Shown: positions 8,534-18,881, counted from the stretch's first letter. The stretch is DNA of 40,429 bases from Candidatus Woesearchaeota archaeon (GCA_964342845.1 CAYFGV010000005.1:1-40429); one strand, 5' to 3'. The notes: generated from the sequence alone by a model not told the origin. Numbers and translations: made by a program.

Positions 8534-9559
8534 CTACATATCTTTGTAGGTTTCTGTTTCTTCATTTAAAGCTATTAGTGTGATTCCTGCCTTTTTGAAG
8601 AATTCTCTTGTTAATTTAGCTGCATGATATCTTTTTTCACAGATTACTCTTTTTATTCCTGCGTTGATAATCATTTTGCAACAGACGAAACATGGTTCCA
8701 TCTTACAGTATAGTGTTGATCCTTCTATTGGGATGCCGTGCCTTGCTGCTTGAATAATTGCGTTTTGTTCTGCATGCGTTGTTCTGATACAGTGTTTTGA
8801 GACTTGACCGTCTGGGTTTATTACTTCGTGCATTAAATGGCCTACTTCGTCACAATGTTTTAATCCTGCTGGTGAACCTACATATCCTGTTGAAAGAATT
8901 CTTTTGTTTTTTACAATTATAGCGCCTGACCTTCCTCTGTCACATGTACCTCTTTCTCCAATTGTTTTTATTATATTCATAAAATAAGTGTCCCAGCCTG
9001 GTCTTTCTGGTTCTATTTTCTCTATTAAGTCTTTGGTTATTTTTTCTATTTTTTGAATTAAATTTTCTAAGGAACTGTCATTAATTAAGATTATATTTGC
9101 TTGTTGTTTTACTCTTAGTAAATGTTGTTGGTGAGAACTTCCTTTTAGTTCTTTATTTTCTAAGATTTTAAATTGTTCGAATGTTAGGTTATCTCTTTCT
9201 GTTTTTCTTATTTTTATTCTTTTATATCTCATAGTTAATGGTGCGTCTACGTAGATTAAGTGGAAGTTTTTTAGGTTATTTTTTAAGAATTTTGCTTCTT
9301 CTGTGTTTCTTATGGAAGTTATAATATTGTTTTCTTTTAAGTTGTTTAATACTCTTCTTGCTAGAATGTTTGAACCAAATTTTTCTCTTAATTGGTTTCC
9401 TAGTTTTATTTGATTTTCTCTTGTTAGTTTTTTATTTATTTTTTTGAGGTCTTGTCTTAGAATATCTGATAAGGAGTGGTGTGAAAAACCTTTTTTTATT
9501 AGAATTTCAGCTACTGTATCTTTTCCTGATGCGTATGTGCCTGTTATTCCTATGTTCAT
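8534..9559 (-). CDS. P-loop nucleotide kinase-like domain fused to dCMP deaminase
   Basis: N-terminal GITGTYASGKDT; C-terminal WDTYFM, HAEQNA and PCFVC Zn-deaminase motifs. Confidence 0.9.
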   Translation of the reverse strand: MNIGITGTYASGKDTVAEILIKKGFSHHSLSDILRQDLKKINKKLTRENQIKLGNQLREKFGSNILARRVLNNLKENNIITSIRNTEEAKFLKNNLKNFHLIYVDAPLTMRYKRIKIRKTERDNLTFEQFKILENKELKGSSHQQHLLRVKQQANIILINDSSLENLIQKIEKITKDLIEKIEPERPGWDTYFMNIIKTIGERGTCDRGRSGAIIVKNKRILSTGYVGSPAGLKHCDEVGHLMHEVINPDGQVSKHCIRTTHAEQNAIIQAARHGIPIEGSTLYCKMEPCFVCCKMIINAGIKRVICEKRYHAAKLTREFFKKAGITLIALNEETETYKDM

Positions 9560-9667
9560 GAAAAAAAGAAGAAAGAAATAGTTTTAAATATTGTTGAGGT
9601 TTAAAGTATATTTTAATGTCTGGATTGTCTTATGCATGCGATTTCCTTTATTAATCTCCTTAATAAT

Positions 9668-10921
9668 TTAATCCTTAATTATCATTTGATCTCTTTCTGG
9701 GCCGATACCGATGTATTTTACTGGTGTAGCTAATGAATCTTTTATTAATCTTTCATAGTTTTTTGCTTCTTTAGGAAGGTCTTCTAATTTTCTTGCGTTT
9801 CTAATATTTTGATCCCACCCTTTCAATTCCATATATGTTGGTTTGCATTGTTCTAATCTTTCTACAGGGAAGTAATTTTGAGGCTTTCCGTCTACAGTAT
9901 ATGCTCCACAAATATTTAAATAATCTATTCCGCTTAAGACATCTAGTTTTGTTAGACACAAAGAAGTAATTCCGCTTAATCCTATTGCTTCTTTTGCTAT
10001 CATTAAGTCTAACCATCCACATCTTCTTGGTCTTCCGGTTGTTGTTCCAAATTCGTCCCCTTGCCTTCTTAATAATTCACCTGTCTCGTCTTCAAGTTCT
10101 GTTGGGAAAGGTCCATTACCTACTCTTGTTGTGTATGCTTTTAGCACACCTATTATTTCATCGAACTTTATTTTTCCACAACCAGTACCTGTATAGAATC
10201 CGCCTATTGTCGGGTTTGAACTCGTTACAAAAGGATATGTTCCATGATCTATATCTAACATTGCTCCTTGTGCTCCTTCTGCTAAAATAGACCCGTTATG
10301 TGCATATATAATGCCTTTAATATCTTCACATACAAATGGAAATAGTTCTTCTCTGGTTTTTAGAAGAGGATTTAGGATTGAATCTAGAGAGATAGGTTGA
10401 GCATTATAGAATGCTAAGATATGATTCTTGAGTTCAAGATTTTCTTGGAGTTTGTCTTTTAGGTTTTTATCTCCGTTAAATAAATCACAGACCCTTATTC
10501 CAATTCTGTCCATTTTGTCTGCATAAGTTGGACCTATTGCTCTTCCTGTTGTCCCTATCTTTCCACCTTTTGCAGCATCAAGTTTTCTGTTATATTCTAA
10601 GATTACGTGGGCTCTATTACTTATTCTTAGTCTTTCTGGTGTTACGGTGATTCCTCTTTTTTTTAATCCTCCTAATTCATCTAAAATTTTAATAGGATCT
10701 ACTAGAACATTGTTACCTATGATGTTTATTTTATCTTCTCTTAAAACACCAGAAGGTAAGATATGGAGTGCGTATTTTTCACCTTTAATAATTACTGTAT
10801 GACCTGCATTTGCTCCTCCTTGATATCTGACAATAACATCGTGTTCTTCTGCTAGCCTGTCAATAAGAGCTCCTTTTCCTTCATCACCCCATTGGGTTCC
10901 CATGACAATTGTATTTGGCAT
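9668..10921 (-). CDS. purA: adenylosuccinate synthetase
   Basis: QWGDEGKG, GGANAGHT, EGAQG, GTYPFVTSS, TTGRPRRCGWLD, TKLDVL. Confidence 0.98.
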   Translation of the reverse strand: MPNTIVMGTQWGDEGKGALIDRLAEEHDVIVRYQGGANAGHTVIIKGEKYALHILPSGVLREDKINIIGNNVLVDPIKILDELGGLKKRGITVTPERLRISNRAHVILEYNRKLDAAKGGKIGTTGRAIGPTYADKMDRIGIRVCDLFNGDKNLKDKLQENLELKNHILAFYNAQPISLDSILNPLLKTREELFPFVCEDIKGIIYAHNGSILAEGAQGAMLDIDHGTYPFVTSSNPTIGGFYTGTGCGKIKFDEIIGVLKAYTTRVGNGPFPTELEDETGELLRRQGDEFGTTTGRPRRCGWLDLMIAKEAIGLSGITSLCLTKLDVLSGIDYLNICGAYTVDGKPQNYFPVERLEQCKPTYMELKGWDQNIRNARKLEDLPKEAKNYERLIKDSLATPVKYIGIGPERDQMIIKD

Positions 10922-10927
10922 TTTAAT

Positions 10928-12382
10928 TTATCCTCCTTTTGTTATGTTGTGTGTTTCACTTATGATCTTGCTTGAGTGTGGTGAAATTAATTCTATTACA
11001 GCTCTTTCTCTAAGTTTTTCTAAGTTTTGACATCCTGTGTTAGATAATGCAGCTTTTATTCTCATTATGTCTGCTTTAAGTGTTGGTTTTAACCGACCCT
11101 TATATGGAACTGTTCCTTCTACTCCTTCTGCAAAAAATGTTTTTTTGGTTTGGTTGTACCTGTCTAAGTTTTGAGCTTTTTCTGATCCTTCTCCCCATGT
11201 TGCAACTGTTTTCATTTCTGATTCTATCCTTGTTTCTTTTCCTGCTTCATTAAATTTCTCCCCAGCTGCTTCGTAGAATTTGTTGAAGTAAGAACCGGTC
11301 ATAACAGCATCTGCAATTGTTAATGCTATTATAATATCTGCTGCTGAGGTGATTCCACCGTCTATTATTAGAGAGATATATTTTCCTGTTTTTTTGTAAA
11401 ATTCTTTTCTTGCTTTATCTGCTTCTATTAAAGCTGTCATAGGGGATCTTCCTACTGCTTTTTCTCTTTGTGTTGTACATATTGATCCGGAGGACATACC
11501 AACCTTTACAATATCTGCTCCATTTTCCATTAAGAAGAGAGCTCCTTCTTTAGTTACTATATTTCCTGCGCATATTGGTGTTTTGTGTTTTGTTTTATAT
11601 TCTTTTAAAACGTTTTCTGTGAATTCATTATATGCATCAGAAGTATCTATGACTATTAAATCTACTCCTGCATTAATATTATCTTCAACTCTTTTTTGCC
11701 ATCCGGGATAAGTTGATATTGCTGAGCCAATTTTTATTTCTTTTATATCTTTTTTGAATGCTAATTTTACTAATCTATCTTGTTTATCTAGGATTATTAA
11801 ATATTTTTCTTTAGTTGTTTCAAAGAGTTTTTTTGCTTCTTCTATTGTAATATCTGGATTTTTTGTATAAGGTAATTTTTCTGGTGTTAACATTATGCTT
11901 GTTGCTTTGTCTTCTGGAATACTAGAAGACTCCCAGTAGTTTTGTAGCGTAAACATGCCTAGGAATGTGTTGTTTTTGTCAACTATTGGAATTTTTGAGT
12001 GGCCATGTCTTTCGATTTTTTTTAAAACATATTCTACTGTCGTGGTTTCTCTCACTCTAACAGGATCTTCGACAAAATGCATTTCATAGTTTTTGATTTT
12101 TTTAACTATGTTTGTTTGTTCTTTTATGGATAGGCGTGCAGGTAATATCCCTATGCCTCCTTCTTTTCCTAAAGCTAGTGCCATTTCGTAATTTGTTACG
12201 GAAGTCATTGCAGCACTTAAGAACGGGATCTTCAGTTTTATTTCTGCTAATTTTGTTTTAAGAGTTATGTTTTGTATTGTGCAATTCTCTTTTGTATAAT
12301 CTGGCAGGAGACAGAATTCATTGAATGTTCTTCCTGATTCTGTTATTATTTTTTTAACCATTTTATAAGGCTTTTTTCCCAA
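10928..12382 (-). CDS. guaB: IMP dehydrogenase with CBS pair (true start probably 12361)
   Basis: PFLSAAM, CBS domains, AGNIVT, KVGMSSGSICTT catalytic loop, DGGI, EGVEG. GMP reductase activity cannot be excluded. Confidence 0.88.
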   Translation of the reverse strand: MGKKPYKMVKKIITESGRTFNEFCLLPDYTKENCTIQNITLKTKLAEIKLKIPFLSAAMTSVTNYEMALALGKEGGIGILPARLSIKEQTNIVKKIKNYEMHFVEDPVRVRETTTVEYVLKKIERHGHSKIPIVDKNNTFLGMFTLQNYWESSSIPEDKATSIMLTPEKLPYTKNPDITIEEAKKLFETTKEKYLIILDKQDRLVKLAFKKDIKEIKIGSAISTYPGWQKRVEDNINAGVDLIVIDTSDAYNEFTENVLKEYKTKHKTPICAGNIVTKEGALFLMENGADIVKVGMSSGSICTTQREKAVGRSPMTALIEADKARKEFYKKTGKYISLIIDGGITSAADIIIALTIADAVMTGSYFNKFYEAAGEKFNEAGKETRIESEMKTVATWGEGSEKAQNLDRYNQTKKTFFAEGVEGTVPYKGRLKPTLKADIMRIKAALSNTGCQNLEKLRERAVIELISPHSSKIISETHNITKGG

Positions 12383-15224
12383 TATCTTTTCTATAGTGTA
12401 AGTTTTCCCAAGAGATTTTATTAACAGCTTGGTATGTGTTATTGATTGCTTGTTGTATATTTTCTCCTAGACCTGTAACACCTAGTACTCTTCCTGAATT
12501 TGTTACAAATTGGTTATCTTTAATTTTTGTTCCTGCGTGAAATACTTGTATGTTTTTCATTGTTTTTATTTGGTCTAAACCAGATATTATTTTTCCTTTT
12601 TTATATTTTCCTGGATATCCTCCCGAGGCCATTACAACACAACAAGCTGCTCCTGGTTTGTTTTTGATTTGAGATTCATTTAAGTTACCTTTTATGCAGG
12701 CTTTTAATAATAAGAATAAATCAGATTCTAGTAAAGATAGAACAGGTTGTGCTTCTGGATCACCTAACCTTACATTATATTCAATTACTTTTGGCTCATT
12801 GTCTTTGATTATTAGGCCTGCGTATAAACATCCTTTGAACGGGATGTTTTCTTTTTGCATTCCTTGAATTGTTGGAGCTAAGATTTTTTCGTAAACTTTC
12901 TTTAATAGTTCTGGTGTTACTATTGGTGCTGGTGCGTATGCTCCCATACCCCCTGTATTTTCGCCTTTGTCATCATCAAAAACCCTTTTGTGGTCTTGAG
13001 AAGAAATCAATGTTCTTATTGTTTTTCCATCTGTTAAAGCCAAAATACTTGCTTCTTCTCCTTGTATAAATTCTTCTATAACCACTTGGTTTCCTGATTC
13101 TCCAAATTCTTTTTTTACCATTATTTTATCTATTGCATTTAAGCCTTGCTCTATTGTTTGACAAACAATAACTCCTTTTCCAGCTGCTAAGCCAGATGCT
13201 TTAACTACGATTGGTGCTTTTTTCTCCCATATGTAGAGTTTTGCTTTATCTGGATTTGTGAATGTTTTGAAGTCTGCTGTAGGGATATTATATTTTTTCA
13301 TAAACTCTTTTGCAAATGCTTTGTTTCCTTCTAATTGTGCTGCTTTTTCTGAAGGTCCGAAGATTAGGTAGCCTTGTTCAACTAATTTGTTTTTGTGGAA
13401 GTAGTCGACTATTCCCTTAACTAATGGAATTTCAGGACCTACAATTGTTAAGGCTATGTTATTGTCTTTAACGAAATTTGCTATATTTTCAAAATCATCT
13501 GGTTTTATGTAAGGGATTATTGTGGCTACATCTTTCATAGAATCATTTCCAGGGGCACAATATATTTTTTCAACAAATTCACTTTGTTTTAGTTTCCAGG
13601 CTAAAGCATGTTCTCTTCCTCCTGAACCAATAATTAGAACCCTATGCTGCATTTTCTTTATTTTTAAAGCTGATTTTATGAATTCAAGGAAGAAAGGATC
13701 TGGTGTTTCTAATTTTGAGGTTAGTTCTGGATGTGATTGAGTTGCCATAAAAAACGGGTGATCTTTTAGTTCAATGATTTGAGCTATGTCTTGGTTTTGA
13801 GCTTTTCCTGAGATTATCAGACTGTTTTTTTCTAGTGTTTCAAGGTATTTTGGATTTATTTCATATCTATGACGGAATCTTCTTCTTGTTGAATTTCCTA
13901 GTAGTTGATGTGCTTTTGTATTTTCTTTTATTTTTATATTATGACCTCCTAATCTCATGGTTCCTCCTTTTTTATATACTTGTTTTTGTTCTGGAAGGAG
14001 GTCTATGATTGGGTGGTCTGTGTTTGGATTAACTTCAGTTGTGTTTGCATTTTTTAAGTCTGAGACATTTCTTGCATGTTCAATTACAGCTAGTTGCATA
14101 CCAAGGCATAACCCTAAAAAAGGAATTTTATTTTTTCTTGCATATTCAATTATTTTTATTTTTCCTTCAAAACCTCTAGAGCCAAAGCCGCCTGGGACTA
14201 TAACTCCATGGATGTTTTCTGGAACTTTTTTTAGGTCGGTTGTTTCTATCCAGTCTAGATTTATTTTACAGGATAGGTTTGCTGTACAATGGTTCAAGGC
14301 TTCTTTTATTGAAGCATAAGAATCTGCTAGTTTTGTGTACTTTCCTGCTATTGCTATGTTTATCTCTTTTTTTGGACTTTTTAAGTTATGTGTTAATTCT
14401 TTCCATTTTAATGATGGTTTAGCATCTAAATTTAATCTTTTGTTTATTATGTCTAGAATTCCTTCTTTGTAAAATATCAAAGGTATTTCATAAATACAGT
14501 CTACGTCTAAGCCTGTGATTACTGCTTCTTTTTTAATTCCTCCAAAGATTGAGATTTTTTCTTTGATTTTATCTTCGATTATTTGAGAGCATCTTCCTAT
14601 GACTATATCTGGCTCTATGCCTTTGCTTCTTAGAAGGTTTATACTTTGCTGGGTTGGTTTTGATTTTTGTTCGTTAACACTTGTTGGGATAGGTATGTAA
14701 GTTAGGTGAACGTAGAGAATATTTTCTTGGCCTACTTCTTTTTTTAGTTGTTTAACTGCTTCAATGTATAGTTCGTTTTCTATGTCTCCTATTGTGCCTC
14801 CTACTTCGATTAACGTTATGTCTGCATCTTCTTCTTTAGATATTTCTAAGAATTTTGATTTTATTAGGTTTACAACATGAGGAATGAATTGGACTGTTTT
14901 TCCCAAGTAGTCTCCTGCTCTTTCTTTTTCTCTAACTTCTTGAAAAATTTTCCCCATGGTTAGGTTCCATTTTGATTTACAAGTGATGTTTAGGTATCTT
15001 TCATAATGTCCGAAGTCCATGTCAACTTCTCCGCCATCATCTAATACAAAGACTTCCCCATGTTCGATTGGATTCATGGTTCCAGGGTCTACATTTAGGT
15101 ATCCATCTAGTTTTATTGGGACAACTTTGTAGTTTTCTGAGAGTAAGTGACCTATGCTGGCTGCGGCTATTCCCTTGCCTAATCCAGAAAGAACACCTCC
15201 AGTAACTATTATGAATTTAGGCAT
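12363..15224 (-). CDS. pyrG-purD: CTP synthase fused in frame to phosphoribosylamine--glycine ligase (PurD part starts near 13652)
   Basis: PyrG: GGVLSGLGKG, VDPGTMNP, GLCLGMQ, RHRYE, HPE. PurD: IGSGGREHAL, KASGLAAGKGV, QDHKR, NTGGMGAY, RLGDPE, YRKDIG. Confidence 0.93.
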   Translation of the reverse strand: MPKFIIVTGGVLSGLGKGIAAASIGHLLSENYKVVPIKLDGYLNVDPGTMNPIEHGEVFVLDDGGEVDMDFGHYERYLNITCKSKWNLTMGKIFQEVREKERAGDYLGKTVQFIPHVVNLIKSKFLEISKEEDADITLIEVGGTIGDIENELYIEAVKQLKKEVGQENILYVHLTYIPIPTSVNEQKSKPTQQSINLLRSKGIEPDIVIGRCSQIIEDKIKEKISIFGGIKKEAVITGLDVDCIYEIPLIFYKEGILDIINKRLNLDAKPSLKWKELTHNLKSPKKEINIAIAGKYTKLADSYASIKEALNHCTANLSCKINLDWIETTDLKKVPENIHGVIVPGGFGSRGFEGKIKIIEYARKNKIPFLGLCLGMQLAVIEHARNVSDLKNANTTEVNPNTDHPIIDLLPEQKQVYKKGGTMRLGGHNIKIKENTKAHQLLGNSTRRRFRHRYEINPKYLETLEKNSLIISGKAQNQDIAQIIELKDHPFFMATQSHPELTSKLETPDPFFLEFIKSALKIKKMQHRVLIIGSGGREHALAWKLKQSEFVEKIYCAPGNDSMKDVATIIPYIKPDDFENIANFVKDNNIALTIVGPEIPLVKGIVDYFHKNKLVEQGYLIFGPSEKAAQLEGNKAFAKEFMKKYNIPTADFKTFTNPDKAKLYIWEKKAPIVVKASGLAAGKGVIVCQTIEQGLNAIDKIMVKKEFGESGNQVVIEEFIQGEEASILALTDGKTIRTLISSQDHKRVFDDDKGENTGGMGAYAPAPIVTPELLKKVYEKILAPTIQGMQKENIPFKGCLYAGLIIKDNEPKVIEYNVRLGDPEAQPVLSLLESDLFLLLKACIKGNLNESQIKNKPGAACCVVMASGGYPGKYKKGKIISGLDQIKTMKNIQVFHAGTKIKDNQFVTNSGRVLGVTGLGENIQQAINNTYQAVNKISWENLHYRKDIGKKAL

Positions 15225-15274
15225 TCAAATTTTAAAAGGAAAAAGTATTAAAAGATATTGGGTTTCTAATTATT

Positions 15275-15517
15275 ATGATGGATTATTCAGAAGATAAGTC
15301 TGGACTTGTATTTGAGGGGATGAAATGCTTGGCTTTTGTTTCTGGTGGGTTTTTGTTGAGGAGTATAGAAACTGAGATTGATCTGTTTGATAAGGGGTTG
15401 GATTTAGCAGGGATTTGTTGTATAGCTTATCCACTCAAGTATTTGCTGAGAGAACCTCTAATTTATAATAATTTAGTTAAGTTTTCTTATGGTATTGGGA
15501 AGTATTCAGGGGCTTAG
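15275..15517 (+). CDS. small hypothetical membrane protein
   Basis: 80-aa ORF with two hydrophobic stretches. Confidence 0.5.
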   Translation: MMDYSEDKSGLVFEGMKCLAFVSGGFLLRSIETEIDLFDKGLDLAGICCIAYPLKYLLREPLIYNNLVKFSYGIGKYSGA

Positions 15518-15552
15518 TAAAGTATATAAAGGGTTTTGTAGTATTAATTTTT

Positions 15553-16017
15553 ATGAAAAATGAATTAGTTAATGAATTTGAAGAGAAATTTTCTTTAATG
15601 AAAAAAGAGTTAGGTTTTAAGGCTAGCTTGGATGAGTTAGACGGAATATTCTTTATTAAGGATTTTGTTTTAGAGAAGAAGTTTGTTAGTGAAAAATTGT
15701 CTAGGATGGTTTGTGGTCGTATTTTAGATTTATATGGGAGTTGGATTAATTATTTACATGGGTTGATTATGCCTAATCCTAATTATTTGCCTGGTGTTAC
15801 TGAAAGTCAGATGTTTGATGATAAAGATGAGATAATGAAGATGTTGGAGAAGATTATGGCTTTGGTTAGTATGAATACTTTGGTTGGTTTGACTAAAGAT
15901 AGGAAGATGGAGAGTAAGTTTATAGATGATTCTGTTAAATTGTGGAAAGAGCTTAATCCTAAGTTGATTAAAATTTTAGAGAAAGTTAATAAAAATTGGG
16001 TTGAGAAGAGTAAATAG
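15553..16017 (+). CDS. hypothetical protein
   Basis: 154-aa helical ORF; TATATAAA at about 15523-15530. Confidence 0.75.
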   Translation: MKNELVNEFEEKFSLMKKELGFKASLDELDGIFFIKDFVLEKKFVSEKLSRMVCGRILDLYGSWINYLHGLIMPNPNYLPGVTESQMFDDKDEIMKMLEKIMALVSMNTLVGLTKDRKMESKFIDDSVKLWKELNPKLIKILEKVNKNWVEKSK

Positions 16018-16018
16018 A

Positions 16019-16726
16019 TTATCTTTTTTCTGTTCCATGAGGGTGATGGGTGTGTTTTTTGCTGGAATAATTTCCTTTCTTTTCTGTTTTTTCTACTTCT
16101 CTTTGGAATATATTGTATAGTTCTTTGGGTGTGTTTGCGTTTTTTACTTCGTCGTTTCTAGTTATCTCTGCTAGGTTTTCTAATACTAAGGCTTTATCTC
16201 CTGCAATAAGTGAGACATGATCTTTTTTATAAATACCATTTTTAAAAGTAAGGCCTTGAATATAATTAGCAGGAATTGCTATATTTTCACCTTCTTGGCG
16301 ATCAATTTGACTTCCTGGAATTCCTATTTTTCTTTTTATTCTTCTTTCTAAGTAAGATTCTTTAGTACTAATTATTAAATTTGGTTTTCCTACAGGGTAT
16401 CTTTTAATACTTAATTCTGGTTTTGATAATGTGCCAACTGTTGTTTCTGTAGATTCTGAGCTCATGTTGTAAGAAACTAAAAACCATTCTTTTCCTGAGA
16501 AATATGTCATTATGTTTGAAGCTAATTCTTCTAAAGGTTTTGGATCTTCTTGAGAGTGGAATATAGCCCAATCTTCTGGTGTTAGAAGTTCTTCTTGTTT
16601 TTCTAGGATGTGTTCTATTAGTCCTTGGCGTTTAATTTCTCTGTCGTCTTTTTTTCTTGCTAAAGATTCTTCTAATTCTTTTATACCTTCTAGTAAATCA
16701 TAATAAGCTTTTGATGGTGTATTCAT
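16019..16726 (-). CDS. hypothetical protein
   Basis: 235-aa ORF, no motif recognised. Confidence 0.65.
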   Translation of the reverse strand: MNTPSKAYYDLLEGIKELEESLARKKDDREIKRQGLIEHILEKQEELLTPEDWAIFHSQEDPKPLEELASNIMTYFSGKEWFLVSYNMSSESTETTVGTLSKPELSIKRYPVGKPNLIISTKESYLERRIKRKIGIPGSQIDRQEGENIAIPANYIQGLTFKNGIYKKDHVSLIAGDKALVLENLAEITRNDEVKNANTPKELYNIFQREVEKTEKKGNYSSKKHTHHPHGTEKR

Positions 16727-16752
16727 AGTTTTTGAGTAAGTTAAGGTTTTAT

Positions 16753-17073
16753 TTAAGAGTTTTTATTTATTTTGAGGATTTCTAGAGCGTTATTCATTGC
16801 TTGGAGGAGATAGTCTGATCTAATTTTAGGTCCTCTTTCTGTGTACATTATATTTTGTTTTGAGTTGTTGTGTGTTAATTTTGGAAGCTTCACATTATTT
16901 TTAGAGTATGTAACTCTTCCATCTTTGCTTAGAACTAATCTTTCTATGCCTCCTTCTCCATTTGTAGGTTCTACTTTAACCGAATTAGGTGTTATTGTTA
17001 CAGATACGCCATTGTATTTTATGGTTTTTTGATCTGATATTTCTGAGCAATAATCAGATAAAGGACATCTCAT
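16753..17073 (-). CDS. hypothetical protein
   Basis: 106-aa ORF, no motif recognised. Confidence 0.55.
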   Translation of the reverse strand: MRCPLSDYCSEISDQKTIKYNGVSVTITPNSVKVEPTNGEGGIERLVLSKDGRVTYSKNNVKLPKLTHNNSKQNIMYTERGPKIRSDYLLQAMNNALEILKINKNS

Positions 17074-17109
17074 AATGTGATTCTCTTTTAAATAAGTTAT
17101 TTAAATAGT

Positions 17110-17880
17110 TTATTGTGATGTATTTTTTATTATGTAAAATATTTCATTATCTGTTTTAAAAGTTTTATGAGTATATTTTAATCTTTTAAGCATTTGTTCT
17201 AACCAACCTCTTTTTTGGGTTGTCATTTTTTTATTTTTTAGAGTTTTTAATGGAAAAGAGATTACTAAAAATTTAACTTTTAGATTTTTTATTATAAATT
17301 CTGTGTATTTTTTTGGTTTTTCTAGAGAATCTAAGAATTTGAACATTAGGCAGAGGTCTGCTTTTGGTAGTTTTAGAATATTTTTTTCTATTTGTAAGTC
17401 TAGGTTTTTAGCTTTTACATTTTTTAGATGTTTTTTAATTAAAGAAGTATCTAAGTCATATGCGTAGTAGGTTATGTTCTTTAAGTTTGTATATTTTAAT
17501 GAGAATGGGTTTAATCCGCAACCTAGGTCTATGATTGAATTTGGTTTTTTGGTGGTTTTGAAGATTTGTTTGTAAATATAAGGATAATCTTTTAGTCTTT
17601 CTTTTGTAGAGGAATGTGTTTCTAAAATGTTTTTTCCTTTTTTTTGGAACATTCCGTGGGCTAAATTTGCTTGTCTTCTTATTTCTTTTATGAAATCTTT
17701 GTATGTTTTAGATCTTTTTGAGTGTTCTTTAGAGAGAAAGCCTAATGTTTTTTTGTCTTTGGTTAAATTTTCTTTTATTTTTCTTTTTAAGAAGGATTTT
17801 TCTATGTTTTTAAGAGAAGGTTTTTTAGTTATATCTTCTATTATTTCTTTTTCATTTATTTTTTTGTTGTAGATTAGCAT
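17110..17880 (-). CDS. ArmA/Rmt/FmrO-like rRNA methyltransferase (16S m7G1405 family)
   Basis: LETHSSTKERL, IIDLGCGLNPFS, AYDLD, LMFKFLDSLE, ISFPLKTL match the HxSTxER, DxGCGxNP and SFP motifs of the family. Confidence 0.8.
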   Translation of the reverse strand: MLIYNKKINEKEIIEDITKKPSLKNIEKSFLKRKIKENLTKDKKTLGFLSKEHSKRSKTYKDFIKEIRRQANLAHGMFQKKGKNILETHSSTKERLKDYPYIYKQIFKTTKKPNSIIDLGCGLNPFSLKYTNLKNITYYAYDLDTSLIKKHLKNVKAKNLDLQIEKNILKLPKADLCLMFKFLDSLEKPKKYTEFIIKNLKVKFLVISFPLKTLKNKKMTTQKRGWLEQMLKRLKYTHKTFKTDNEIFYIIKNTSQ

Positions 17881-18764
17881 TTTCTTATTTTAGCTACAAA
17901 AAAGCCATCTGTATCATAATCTTGTGGCCAGATTCTTAAACATTTGTTTTTAATTTCTTTGTTGTCTGTTATAGGTTCAGAACCTTTTATATCTATTTTT
18001 TCTAATTTTGCGTTTTTATAGGTTTCTAATAAATTTTCAATTACTTTTTCGTTTTCATCTGGTTCTAAAGAGCAAGTTGAATAAACTAAGATTCCATTTT
18101 TTTTAAGATTTTGAAAAGCAACTTTAATTAATTGTCTTTGGATTCCTGCTAATTGTTTAACTAGGTTAACACTCCACTCTGTTGGTGTTGAAGGAGATTT
18201 TCTTATTATTCCTGTTCCTGAACAAGGTGCGTCTAATAGTACTCTATCTGCTTCTAGGTTTTTAAAAAATCTTCCGTGTTGCTTGGATATTATTGTGTTT
18301 AAAACTCCATTTCTTTGTAAATTAGTTGCTAGAGGTATTAATCTTTTTGTTGAAATATCATTTGCTATTATTAAGCCTGTATTTTTTGCTAAAGCTGCTA
18401 TTTGTGTTGTTTTTGAGCCAGGAGATGCTGCCATGTCTAATATTAATTGATTTTCTTTTATTTCTAGAACTTCTGGAGGTAGCATAGATGTAGAAGATTG
18501 GATGTAAATATATCCTAGTTGATGTTCTATTAGATTGCCTAGGTCTGTTTTTCCTTCTAAATAGAATCCTTGTTTACACCAGGGTGTTTGAGTTAGTTTA
18601 TATTTTTTTAATCTGTTTTTTATTTTTTTAATATCTGTTTTTAATGTGTTTACTCTGAATGATTTTCTCGGCGGCTTTTCACAGTATTTTATGAATTCTT
18701 TTAGATTAGTTAATTCTTTATAATGATCTAGGAAAGATTGTTTGAATTTTGGTTTTTTTAGCAT
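17874..18764 (-). CDS. RsmB/NOP2 (RsmF-like) RNA m5C methyltransferase
   Basis: RVNTLK, YIQS, LDMAASPGSKT, LLDAPCSGTG, YSTCS, ENE, DGFFVA. ATG at 18764, separate from the radical SAM gene across the gap. Confidence 0.92.
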   Translation of the reverse strand: MLKKPKFKQSFLDHYKELTNLKEFIKYCEKPPRKSFRVNTLKTDIKKIKNRLKKYKLTQTPWCKQGFYLEGKTDLGNLIEHQLGYIYIQSSTSMLPPEVLEIKENQLILDMAASPGSKTTQIAALAKNTGLIIANDISTKRLIPLATNLQRNGVLNTIISKQHGRFFKNLEADRVLLDAPCSGTGIIRKSPSTPTEWSVNLVKQLAGIQRQLIKVAFQNLKKNGILVYSTCSLEPDENEKVIENLLETYKNAKLEKIDIKGSEPITDNKEIKNKCLRIWPQDYDTDGFFVAKIRKC

Positions 18765-18781
18765 AAAAGAGTTAGGTTTTA

Positions 18782-18881
18782 NNNNNNNNNNNNNNNNNNN
18801 NNNNNNNNNNNNNNNNNNNNNNNNNNNNNNNNNNNNNNNNNNNNNNNNNNNNNNNNNNNNNNNNNNNNNNNNNNNNNNNNN
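18782..18881. other. assembly gap (100 N)
   Basis: Run of exactly 100 N, likely a placeholder of unknown true size. Confidence 0.99.
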
